From NCBI RefSeq assembly GCF_006345805.1, contig NW_021834137.1, positions 1 through 26,830 of the forward strand: a stretch of 26,830 bases of DNA. Reading direction: 5' to 3'. Below the pieces are notes generated by a model. That model worked only from the letters and a program-made list of their open reading frames with translations, was not told the DNA's origin and did not search any database. A program made the position numbers and the translations under genes. This document shows, piece after piece, positions 1 through 9,975 of this stretch. Every line of letters starts with the position of its first letter. Position 1 is the first letter of the stretch. This stretch comes from Octopus sinensis. Taxonomy: Eukaryota.

Positions 1-481
1 TGACCATGAGGGATGATATTGTTGCTAAAACCTACAATGCTATACACAAGACTACCCTGACTGGAATACAAACGTTACGCACGAGAACTAATATGTACCA
101 GTGCCTTTAAAACTACGAATACTAATAGAATATTCCACTGAAAACAGTAACGCTGTATAAACAGAATAGGTTAAGTATTTTTCTAATGGTTAGGGAGCAT
201 AAGTCATGAACCGTTGTTGAGGTTAGTTGACCGGTGGATGTAAATGTTTCGTCGAAAATTGAGGAAAAAGAAAGCATCTATAAGAAACTCACAGTTCTTT
301 TACGCCGGCTATAAATTTTCTTCTGTATCGATTATCATTGATGCACTGGACTACATCAAAACAGATATGCATAAGAACCTAGATATGCCGAGATTCTTCA
401 AGAATGTATTCAGAAAGTGTAAATGCTTGTGTTCTTCGAATACAATCGATAAAAGGTACAATGAAACTTTGTAAAACATTT
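1..481 (+). mobile_element. Degenerate R4/Dong-like non-LTR retrotransposon, C-terminal restriction-like endonuclease (RLE) region
   Basis: Manual translation across frameshifts: MRDDIVAKTYNAI (RHDxVAK-like, 6-44), TVVEVS*PVDVNVSSKIEEKESIY (from 210), YAGYKFSSVSIIIDALDYI, RIQSIKGTMKLCKTF (to 481). Same motif order as the better-preserved copy at 18237-18530. Confidence 0.75.
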
Positions 482-580
482 AGAGATTCTTTATTTGAGG
501 TTCATAGGTTGAACTCTACGCAGAACCGCATGAACATAAGGAATACACACAAGCACGCACGCGCGCACGCGCGCACACAC

Positions 581-625
<45 letters not shown>

Positions 626-712
626 ACACACACAGCAAAGAAGCACACACTTGTGAACTAAAGTATGAGCAGAGGTTTAAACATGTGAGCGCTAGCAAGC
701 AAGGTCGCATGC

Positions 713-745
<33 letters not shown>

Positions 746-748
<3 letters not shown>

Positions 749-866
749 AAATGTGATATGTGACAATTATTCGGTAACCATGATAAAACTCCGAGTTTCG
801 GATGCCGAGGTGGAAATCCACGCCGCCGAATCCACTGAATACATACATACATACATACATACATAC
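746..866 (+). mobile_element. CpG-rich 82-bp core plus (TACA)n tail; putative 3' end of the R4-like LINE
   Basis: 746-827 matches the reverse complement of 2574-2655 at 77/82. It is preceded by (GT)n, followed by (TACA)n at 840-866, and lies about 270 bp downstream of the RLE relic on the same strand. Confidence 0.55.
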
Positions 867-970
867 AAAACAAGCCGGATATCAGTATTTTGGACAGACA
901 AGAGCAAGTATGTTCCTTATAGAGATCAGCTGTGTTGCTGATGTGAATATCTCTTCGAAGATCAAGGGGA

Positions 971-1080
971 AGAATAAGTAAAAGGCTTACAAAAAAAATA
1001 AGTCCTGGGGTCGATTTGCTCGACTAAAAGGCGGTGCTCCAGCATGACCACAGTCAAATGACTGAAACAGGTAAAAGAGA
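971..1080 (+). mobile_element. SINE group A, 3' tail fragment
   Basis: AATAAGTCCTGGGGTCGATTTGCTCGACTAAAAGGCGGTGCTCCAGCATG...GACTGAAACAGGTAAAAGAG matches the tails of the full copies, e.g. 16100-16200. Confidence 0.85.
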
Positions 1081-1270
1081 GCTAACATGCACATTACAAA
1101 TACAATATGTAGGCGAAACAGTTAATATAACGCAGGATTTTTTTCAATTTCAAAATGAGAATCTTTTTGTTATGTACATTCCGACGACATAGCTTCGTAT
1201 CTTTATAAGAAACCAGGTTTTTTTTCTTACAAGAAAACTTCGTGTAATTAAAATCTGAAGAGAAGAGGCA

Positions 1271-1287
1271 TACATACACACACACAC

Positions 1288-1325
<38 letters not shown>

Positions 1326-1890
1326 CACACACACATACATACATACATACATACATACATACATACATACACACACACATACATACACACACACACACAT
1401 ATACATACATACATACATACATACATAAACACACACAGGCATACATGCATACACACATGCATACATACATACATACATACATACACACACACATACACAC
1501 ATACATACATACATCACATACACACACATACATACATACATACATACATACATACATACATACACACACACATACATACATACACACACATACATACATA
1601 CATACACACATACATACATACACACACACATACATACATACATACATACATACATACATACATGCACACATACACACATACATACATACATACATACATA
1701 CATACATACATACATACATACGTACATACGTACATACATACATACATGCACACATACACACATACATACATACATACATACATACATACATACATACGTA
1801 CATACGTACATACATACATGCACACATACACACACACATACATACATACATACATACATACATACATACATACAAACATACGTACATACA
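1271..1890. repeat. Compound (CA)n/(CATA)n microsatellite array with higher-order blocks
   Basis: Seen directly. Variant block CATGCACACATACACA recurs at 1661, 1745 and 1817. Confidence 0.97.
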
Positions 1891-2164
1891 TCGGAATGAG
1901 ATCTAACTTTTCCTTATCAGTTTCATGAAGGAAAAAGTAAACATCAATATAGGACACTCAACTTGCGAAAAACATGAATGCTTTTTTATATAATGAAATC
2001 AGGATTTCTAAACTTTATCTGGATTCAGATTTTCCTCTTCTGTTCTGTACAGAACAAGAAGTTATTACGTCTACTGTAAAAACAAAATAAAAGAAGCTAT
2101 TCTACTTGATGAAAACAGAAGTGATAATTCTATGTTATGAGATAGTGAGCCCGCGCCTGTATAT

Positions 2165-2238
2165 TAAAACGTATATATACATGCACACACACACACACAA
2201 CACACACACACACACATATATATATATAATATATAATA

Positions 2239-2287
<49 letters not shown>

Positions 2288-2290
2288 ATG
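2165..2290. repeat. (CA)n/(TA)n microsatellite
   Basis: Seen directly. Confidence 0.95.
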
Positions 2291-2511
2291 GAGTTTTTTA
2301 ATAATATGCTCTTATTTATAACTTTATATCTACTTCAAGTTCCGCTAAAACGATTTATTTCGACACTCACGAAGGTTTTTTTCAATAAATAAACATATAT
2401 ACACACACAAACACACATTTATGTACATATGTACGTATGTATATATACACATACACACACACACACATGCACACACACACGCACACACACACCCACACAT
2501 ATACACATATA

Positions 2512-2655
2512 TATGTATGTATGTATGTATGATTTTCATAGCATTTTTCCGATGGCTGGATAACCGAAGAGATGGCGGCGTGGATATCCGCCCCGGCATC
2601 CGAAACTCGGAGTTTTATCATGGCTACCGAATAATTGTCACATATTACATTTACA
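2512..2655 (-). mobile_element. Second, inverted copy of the CpG-rich core plus (CATA)n tail
   Basis: Minus strand reads TGTAAATGTAATATGTGACAATTATTCGGTAGCCATGATAAAACTCCGAGTTTCGGATGCC...GGAAAAATGCTATGAAAAT(CATA)n; 94% identical to 746-827. Confidence 0.6.
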
Positions 2656-2719
2656 GATAAATTCCTCTATTTACATAATATCGAGGTCTCTTTCATTCTT
2701 TTGTTGTTTTACCATTTCT

Positions 2720-2746
2720 ATCAACACACATGCACACACACACACA

Positions 2747-2777
<31 letters not shown>

Positions 2778-2835
2778 CACACCACAACAAACACACATAT
2801 ATATATATATATATATATAAATATGTGTAAGTACG

Positions 2836-2870
<35 letters not shown>

Positions 2871-3121
2871 GTGAGAGAATGGTAATATGTAATTAAATTT
2901 ATTTAATTATAATTATAATTAATTAATTTGATTTTTTCATGTTTCTTACATGTTGGTATTACCATTCGAAACGATCGTATGCATGGATTAAAATTTTATA
3001 AAATTTTTAACATCTTCTCCCCGCCATCTTTAACTGGTTGGTGAGATTATATAGGATAGTGTTACAATAAATGCTCATAACGCACTTATAGTTGTAAATT
3101 TTTACACCCACACACACCCCC

Positions 3122-3175
<54 letters not shown>

Positions 3176-3223
3176 CATAATATATATATATACACATATA
3201 TACACACACACTATATATGTTAG

Positions 3224-3256
<33 letters not shown>

Positions 3257-3271
3257 ATCATATTATACATT

Positions 3272-3304
<33 letters not shown>

Positions 3305-3390
3305 GATATATATATATATAGATATATATATATATTATATATATATAATGTATGTATTTTATATTATATATATGTATATATACATACTAT
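2720..3390. repeat. (CA)n and (TA)n microsatellites with AT-rich spacers
   Basis: Seen directly. Confidence 0.9.
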
Positions 3391-3391
3391 A

Positions 3392-3788
3392 CAGGGGTTG
3401 GACAAAATAATTGCAACACCTAGCATCATAGCATCATAATTTTGAAATATCTATAAAACTGTCAAAGGCTTGTATATTTTTATGTGTTTTTGATTTATTA
3501 TTAGTGCTGCTTAATATGTTTTGCTAAAATTGCTGTTTCTTTTCAGGTATAATCGGATAAAGGTAATTAAAATTCATTAAAATGACAGATCCATCGGACT
3601 TTCAAAGAGGTCAAATTGTTGGTACTCGTATGGCAGGTGCTAGCATAATGAAAACAGCCGAAACGTTTGGTGTATCGAAAAGTACTGTCTCGAAAGTAAT
3701 AACAAACTTTGAGAAAGAGGGAAAAACCACCTCGTCGAAACAAAACTTCGGAAGAAAACCAAAATTTTCAGATAGGGACAGTCGCCAT
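3392..3788 (+). mobile_element. Tc1-family DNA transposon, 5' fragment (left TIR plus N-terminal HTH of the transposase)
   Basis: TA|CAGGGGTTGGACAAAATAAT left end. ORF from 3582, MTDPSDFQRGQIVGTRMAGASIMKTAETFGVSKSTVSKV...GRKPKFSDRDSR, shows the Tc1 paired-like HTH and GRPR-like linker. Similarity stops near 3788; no catalytic domain or right TIR in the window. Confidence 0.85.
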
Positions 3789-4099
3789 TTTTGCTGGTCA
3801 ATCCTGGTCACCAGCAATCATGAAGGTGATGCTCTGGAAAGGCCTTCGCTTTAATGGACTCAAGTAAACTAAATGAAATAAATAAAACTCAAAAAATCTA
3901 TTCCACCTTTAGAGATACAAGGTTGCTTAGGACTACACTATCTAATGTTCCCTTCCGTCTTACCAGACATTATGTAGAGACTTGAGGAATATTTAGCTGA
4001 CGTTTCTAATAGATCCATTCGCCACATAGAAGTGAGTGTGTGTGTGTGTGTGTGTGTGTGCGCGTGTGTGAGTGCGTGTGTTCGCTGCTATGTCGTTGT

Positions 4100-4332
4100 T
4101 ATAGGTTAGCCTCAGGTCAGTCAGCTTTGATTACTCTTAACTCTTTTACTTCTTTCAGTTATTTGACTGCGGCCATGCTGGAGCACCCCCTTTAGTCGAG
4201 CAAATCGATCCCAGGACTTATTCCGTGGAAGCCTAGTACTTATTCTATCGGTCTATTTTGCCGAACCGCTACGTTACGGGGACGTAAACACACCAGCATC
4301 GGTTGTCAAGCGATGTTTGGGGACAAACACAG

Positions 4333-4363
<31 letters not shown>

Positions 4364-4685
4364 CGACGGGCTTCTTTCAGTTCCGTCAACTAAATCCACT
4401 CACAAGGCTTTGGTCGGCCCGAAGCTATAGCAGAAGACACTTTCCCAAGGTGCCACGCAGTGGGAATGAACCCGGAACCATGTGGTTGGTAAGCAAGCTA
4501 CTTACCACACAGCCACTCCTGTGCTTGATTGATTAGAGCTACTGATCTATGGATCTATTATCAAAATAGTTCCTGTCATGGCTATCGTTTCTAATTTCTA
4601 ATGCAGGAACACATCATTCTATGTGTCCTTTTCTAAGACGATGAGATATGATTTGAGAGCTATTTGGCTGTTGTTTCTAGTAGTG
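4100..4685 (+). repeat. Old dispersed repeat (family O) split by a group A SINE
   Basis: TTAGCCTCAGGTCAG...|SINE|...TATTATCAAAATAGTTCCTGTCATGGCTATC...ATTTGGCTGTTGTTTCTAGTAG. Related blocks at 3945-4012, 8010-8080, 13125-13220(-), 15160-15190(-) and 16250-16340(-). Confidence 0.5.
4133..4524 (-). mobile_element. SINE group A, full length (tRNA head, CORE-like block, internal (AT)(GT) microsatellite, TAAAAGAG tail)
   Basis: A-box-like TGGCTGTGTGGTAAG and B-box-like GGTTCATTCCC on the minus strand; candidate TSD TTGATT at 4127-4132 and 4525-4530. Confidence 0.92.
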
Positions 4686-5149
4686 GTAAGGTAGAGGTTT
4701 GCTTAATTGCTTGTGATGTTACTGTTAGTTTTACGGCTGCTGTTATAGCTGCGTCTGTTGTTGCAGATGTTTTCCCTTGCTAATATTTTATGACTGCGTT
4801 TCAAATTTTCCGTTTCATATTACACTTGACTAATAAAAACGATCAAAACGTCTGTCAACATATTTTTGTTTCTCTTCTAAAAAAAAAAAAGCTAAAACAC
4901 ATTAAAAAGAACTTCGTGTGTATGTGCTCACAAACGTGTGTGTGTGTGTTCGCTTCTATTTCTCCATTTTTCCTGTTCTGTTCTTTTCTCTCCTTGTCTG
5001 TTCTTTCTTTCAGAAGAGGAGTGAATACTCGAAACGTAAAAAGACATTTCCTTCTTTTTCACTTTCCCATTTCCTATCAAACCTAATATTCTCAGTATTT
5101 GTGTTTTTCTGTCGTCTTTTCCGTCGTCTTTCTGTTGTATTTTTTACAC

Positions 5150-5277
5150 CATATATATATATGTGTGCGCGCGCGATTGTCTGTGTGTCTGTGTCGGTGT
5201 GTGTGTATATGGGTGTATGTATCCGTTATATATATGTCTTATATATGTATGTATATATATTTCAATATATAATGTTT

Positions 5278-5314
<37 letters not shown>

Positions 5315-5396
5315 TTTATATATATATAATATATATATATATATACCACATACATATTAATATATAGTGTCACTCTGTCCTCTCTCTCTCTTTCTC

Positions 5397-5432
<36 letters not shown>

Positions 5433-5525
5433 TATATTATATATATATATATATATATAATATATATAATATTATATATAATATTATTATATATTATATT
5501 ATAATATATAATATATATATATATA
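5150..5525. repeat. (TA)n/(CT)n microsatellite region
   Basis: Seen directly. Confidence 0.92.
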
Positions 5526-5984
5526 TTCGTTTTCTAAAATCGATCGCTGCACGGTCGCCTTATAACCTCGGCTTCCTTCGTTCCATTGAAATGTCTGATA
5601 AGAGATAATTTAACACTTTAACATCAGAACTTCTAAAGTGTCATCCACAACGACCATTCTAGAAATATTTAGATTTATTTCACCAAACCAAAGTCAAACG
5701 AAATGAAAAGGAAAAATAGATAATAGTAACAATCACTAATGACTTTAATTTTCGGAAAACTATGTTCAAAGAAAGGGGCGTGAAGATCATATTCTCTGAT
5801 GATGGTCTTTGTGATGAGAAAAATAAAGGTCGAAGCAAAAATTGGCCGGCTCTGTCCTTCTTCATACAGAGTGTCAACGTTTTCAAGTAGGCTGCATTAG
5901 TAATAAAAAGGGTGCTGAGAAGACAGGATCGGTAGTAAAGAGGCGAAAAGCAAAATGCCTTGAAGGGTTTTGTTGTAAACTTTT

Positions 5985-6097
5985 TTACGTTCTGAGCTCG
6001 CCTCCTACAGAGGTCAACTTTGCTTTTCATCCGACTGGGATCGATAAAACAAGTCAAGCACCAGTCAAAGAAATGTTTTGGTCAATATATCGACTAG
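5985..6097 (+). mobile_element. SINE group C, degenerate internal fragment
   Basis: TACGTTCTGAGCTC...GAGGTCAACTTTGCTTTTCATCC...GGATCGATAAA...CACCAG aligns to 21805-21905. Confidence 0.65.
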
Positions 6098-6550
6098 TTC
6101 TTCTTCTTCTTCATACCCCCATCTCTCTCTCTCTCTCTCTCTCTCTCACTCACTCTCTCTTTCTCACTCACTCTCTCTCTCTCCAAGAATTTTAACTTAT
6201 ATCCTACAAAAGATTTCATCAAGACACGCAAGGAAAATATGAATCAAACTTTGGAATGAAGCAGTCTTAAAAATACGTAATGCAACCTGTACATGTTTCA
6301 TTCAGACAAGTATACATATAAATAACCTTGATGTATTTACAAAAGCGGTAGTATTTCATTCTAGCAATATTATATACACAAGAAATGATGGACATATTTC
6401 CTATATACCGCGGCTTAAATATTACAACGAAGGCAATGTACGCCTTCATCTCTTTGCCATGCTTTTCTACACATAGGTACTATTTTTATTGCTCTATCGA
6501 TTATTAATACACAATTATTATCTTTTTCTTTCTTTTTTTTATGGATACAG

Positions 6551-6668
6551 TATGGCAACGGGCTTAAGAAGTTTGCTTTGCAATCACAAGATACTGCGTT
6601 CGATTCCATTTTGTGGTTAAGAAGTTCGCTTCACAACCACATGTTTCCGGGTCTAGTCCCACACTGCA
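6551..6668 (+). mobile_element. Two abutting degenerate tRNA-derived SINE heads (group A-related)
   Basis: AAGAAGTTTGCTT...GCGTTCGATTCCA followed by GTGGTTAAGAAGTTCGCTTCACAACCACATGTTTCCGGGTCTAGTCCCAC, which resembles the head at 15318-15375. Confidence 0.55.
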
Positions 6669-6869
6669 AGGGCCCGGGAACAGAGGGTGCAGGTATTACG
6701 CTTGCACCTCGTAAAATTTTTCAGGCGATGCAAAATCAAAATCTGCACCCCCTAGATACTTTACCGGGTTTAGAAAATAGTGTCTAAAAATGATCTGTAA
6801 AAAGGTGTTTCGTGTTAGGTTTCTTCCCAAAACAACAAAAAGCAAAAATGAATTTTTAAAACGTCCAAA

Positions 6870-6945
6870 ATGTTTACTGATGAAGCTGGTAATAAAATTC
6901 CCAAGGGAATTTTCTAGAAAGAAATACTACTGAACTAAAACATGG
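6870..6945 (+). other. CTGATGA plus perfect 9-bp hairpin plus GAAA; possible decayed hammerhead-like motif
   Basis: CTGATGA at 6877-6883; AAAATTCCC-AA-GGGAATTTT at 6894-6913; GAAA at 6917 and 6921. Stems I and III are poor. Confidence 0.3.
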
Positions 6946-6977
6946 TCAACATCAAAATTAAAAGTATATACATATAG

Positions 6978-7157
6978 CAACAGCAGCAGCCGTTCAAGAA
7001 TTTGGACCTGGAGATCTCCATTTCCTGCGACTTCGAGGGCCACCTCCCAGTGGTGTCGGGCGTCAACGAAGAGCCCTCGACTACAACAAGACGACCAAAG
7101 TTTTTGTTTTCCAAGGTCTGGGGTCTCCCATCCCCTAAGCCCTGGACCACCACCTAA
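6978..7157 (+). other. GC-rich orphan island; candidate exon or transposon coding relic
   Basis: Open frame after TAG: QQQQPFKNLDLEISISCDFEGHLPVVSGVNEEPSTTTRRPK...; 25 of 29 codons from 6993 end in G/C in an AT-rich background. No family recognised. Confidence 0.25.
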
Positions 7158-7233
7158 TCACTCTTACCTGTCTTGTTGCTTAACAACAACTACAGCAGCA
7201 GCAGCACCAGCAGCAATGATAACAGCAATAGCA

Positions 7234-7650
7234 GTGGAGGTGTAATGGCCCAGTGGTTAGGGCACCAGACTTGCGGTCGTAAGAACGCGGTTTCGATTCC
7301 TAGACCGGGTATTGTGAGTGTTTATTGAGCAAAAATACCTAAGCTCCACGAGGTTTTGGCGGTGGTGGGTGAACCCCGCTGTACTCTTTCACCACAACTT
7401 TCTCTCACTGTTTCTTCCTACTTCTGCCACAAAAGCAGAGGAACCATGGTGTAACCCACTATGGTGTGGTAAAACTTTCAGACCCTAGTCTAGATTGCGA
7501 ATCCTCTGTACCCCAGGATGGTTCAGCTCTCCACCCGTTAAAAGCCGCCGTTTACGGAATGAGGATAACAACGTAGCTTTTGCGCCCGTGCAACCGCCAG
7601 TGTATCGCGTGTGGTGGGTGGATCTTCAAGTTGCCACACGCATTCTTAGT
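7234..7650 (+). mobile_element. SINE group B, head/body B1 with an alternative 3' part
   Basis: GTGGAGG..AATGGCCCAGTGGTTAGG (A box) and TTCGATTCC (B box). The first ~190 bp align with 11529-11720, then the sequence diverges. The 3' boundary is approximate. Confidence 0.8.
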
Positions 7651-7689
7651 AGCTTAGAGTGATTGAAAAAGGTACAATTTACAAAAGAA

Positions 7690-7880
7690 TATGTCTTTAG
7701 ATATAATGTTTCCTTCTATCAAAGCCTTCAAAATCAGTTTGGGTCGACAGGAAGTATGGAAGCCCATTGGATGACCATAATTATAATTCAAAGGTTCAAC
7801 CTTGTCATACACTAATTCTGCCCGAGGATTCCATGAAGGGTATACGTGTTTGTGTAATACTAAGCCAATTATACACTTCT
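7690..7880 (-). mobile_element. Possible RTE-clade LINE C-terminal relic
   Basis: LNYNYGHPMGFHTSCRPKLILKALIEG loosely resembles the RTE LxYFGHxxR...K.IL.GxIEG motif; weak. Confidence 0.3.
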
Positions 7881-8134
7881 TCAATGGGCAATTAGCTCAG
7901 GTGATTGTGCAGCTGGAAACTTGAGGTCGGGAATTTCAACCCAAATCCATTTATTTATGTATTAAATGGTAAATGATGCCGGATTCTCTATTTGTGGTAT
8001 TGCTGTTGTAATTTAGTTTTAAGCCAACTTTGACCGAGATGTATCTTCTTATTAATGGTGCTCCTGCCGTGACCATCCTGTCTTTTTTTCTCAAACGTAG
8101 CGCATCTAAAAAGCAAAGCGGATTTGTGTCTATG

Positions 8135-8222
8135 CGACGGACTGGTGTCTCATTCAGGGAAATTTTGTGAGCTTGGCAACTTATACATACACCATGGAAA
8201 CCAGGTAACTGTCCTTAAAGCC
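8135..8222 (+). mobile_element. Degenerate SINE group B tail (T1)
   Basis: GCGACGGACTGGTGTCTCATTCAGGG...CATACACCATGGAAACCAGG resembles 11427-11490. Confidence 0.5.
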
Positions 8223-8239
8223 TTAGAACTTGAACCGGT

Positions 8240-8361
8240 AATGTTGATGATGACGACGGCGACGTTAATGATGATGAATACGACGACGATGACGATGATG
8301 ATAACGATAATGATAACGACGATGACGATGATGACGATGCCGACAACGATAGCGATGATGG

Positions 8362-8401
<40 letters not shown>

Positions 8402-8415
8402 AATGATGATGATGG
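8240..8415. repeat. (GAT/GAC)n trinucleotide repeat
   Basis: Seen directly; source of the poly-M and poly-I ORFs. Confidence 0.95.
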
Positions 8416-8504
8416 AGTGCATCTAGGATTACCGTCTCCAATATGTCTTACGTTTTAAAAACAGGTTTATGTGCTTTGAGGAAGATTTCGTTTGAATTTC
8501 TTGT

Positions 8505-9010
8505 AGAATAAATACCACACTTTAGAATAAGTCCCAGGGTCGATTTGTTGGACTAAACCTCTCAAAATGGTGCCTCAGAATGGCCACAGTTGAGTGACTG
8601 AGACCAATCTCTCTCTATATAAAGCTGAAGTTGTCTGTGTACGGCAGGTTTGGTAGCATTCAACTCACACTATCTCCTCCGAGACCCTGCGGCACAACTT
8701 GACCAAAATTGAGAGTATGATAGAAGAAGGCTTGCTCTTTCGTAGAAAAAAAAATTCAAATCGGACCATGTTAACACCAAAAATTATTTACATCAAAAAC
8801 GTGCTTTTTTTCGATGAAAATCCCTATTTTTTACGATTGTTTGACTGCTGTGTCGCCATTTTTCAGTGTATTTCAACCAGAAAAATGTTCATTTAAAGAG
8901 AATAACAAGCTACATAATGCAAAATTTTGAAAAATTCCAATTCTAAAGGGTCGAAACAAACCCGAGCAACACCGGGCGATACTGCTAGTAAAAGATAAAA
9001 CAGATAAAAC
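8505..9010 (+). mobile_element. Older group A-related SINE tail interrupted by a Helitron
   Basis: AGAATAAGTCCCAGGGTCGATTTG...GACTGAGACCAA|insert|TAAAAGATAAAA restores the standard tail. Confidence 0.65.
8608..8988 (+). mobile_element. Non-autonomous Helitron (381 bp)
   Basis: 5' TC at 8608 after A; subterminal CCCG...CGGG hairpin at 8961-8976; 3' CTAG at 8985-8988 before T; no TSD. Confidence 0.8.
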
Positions 9011-9129
9011 ATGTCCTCATTTCACATACATTTTTGCTCTCATTTATGTCTAAACCTAATCCAATGACTAATTATCCAAATCCATAGAGTAGCGAATACT
9101 CTGCCAGGCTTAACTAATTTGCCTCCTTG

Positions 9130-9750
9130 TATTGTCGTTGATAACGTCCTACATCTCTTCCATTTTTAAAAATGGCATTTTAATGTCCTTTCTAAACCCA
9201 TTCAAGTAAAATGGTTAGATCAGCAATGAAGAGTAGTTTTTAAATATGGCTCCTTCTCTTCTTTTCTATAATAACCCGAACCGACAAATTGAATTAGTCG
9301 ACTCAAGAGTAACAATTACAGAAAAATAATGATGACCAAGTGTAGTATTGCCGTGAAATATTTCTGGAGGAATTTCTGTGTGATTGGCTCGTACAACCAG
9401 AATGATGTTTAGAGGTGGTAAAAAAACCGTGTGCCGGTTAATCATTGCTGTTTTAATTAAATTTATCACTGTGCTATTAAATGAATGAACTTGCAGTATT
9501 TCGGTGAGCCCATTCATGCGGAATTGCATCAAAGGGTTTTCTCAGATCGATCCAGGCACACCAGAAATTTCTTTAGCGTTTTCTGCATCAACTAGCATCA
9601 TCTTTTAAATAAAAAAGTTGGTTACTTGCTCCATAGACCTTTGGTATTTGTTCCTTATTTTCTACAAGAACCGAAATTATTATTTTGTGAATGCTCCACG
9701 TCTTTTTATACCAAGTAAACTTTTGATACGTGGGATTTTTCATAAAGGAC
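9130..9750 (-). mobile_element. Degenerate reverse transcriptase of an R4/Dong-like LINE
   Basis: Minus strand: EQIPKVYGASNQL...CRKR*RNFWCAWIDLRKPFDAIPHEW (W at 9554-9552), frameshift, LTEILQVHSFNSTVINLIKTAM...EIFHGNT, then LLFIADL and FRKDIKMPF. These are collinear with the conserved WIDY.KAFDS.PH, GIFQGD, YMDD and FS.DI.M.FG RT blocks. Confidence 0.8.
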
Positions 9751-9819
9751 GACAGAAGATGAAAGCAGCAAACTGATGAAGCATTTATCTCTGATGCTGT
9801 GTTTTCCACCACCAGCCAC

Positions 9820-9942
9820 CTCTTTTTTCCGCCCACTGTTTCTAGGAGGGTCGTGGGGGTAGAGTCCTCAGGTACCTCTTCTATTGGGTCCTACCAGAAG
9901 CAATTGTCATTACACTTTCTGGCTGGATTTCCAAGTATGATC
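9820..9942 (-). repeat. Unclassified ~120-bp dispersed repeat, copy 1
   Basis: CCCACTGTT(T/C)CTA..GAGGGT...CCTCAG...GGGTCC..CAGAAGCAA.TG.CATTACAC.TTC.GGCT is shared with 13240-13352. Confidence 0.6.
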
Positions 9943-9975
9943 AACAGAGATAATGAATATTATCCAACCATCTCG

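Noticed and set aside
1094-1957. Long ORFs of MYVC/HTYI repeats (up to 245 aa); likewise 23918-25449
   Set aside because: Stop-free translation of (CATA)n, (CA)n and (GATA)n microsatellites; no coding signal.
5014-5035. Possible micro-exon after a long pyrimidine tract (TTTCAG|AAGAGG...AAC|GTAAAA)
   Set aside because: Weak donor, and pyrimidine-rich sequence on both sides makes a chance acceptor likely.
5680-6057. 125-aa minus-strand ORF with a serpin-like NMIFTPLSL
   Set aside because: Only one short motif, no other serpin features or splice sites, and the ORF start lies in a decayed SINE C.
8124-8426. Poly-Met and poly-Ile ORFs
   Set aside because: (GAT)n repeat read-through.
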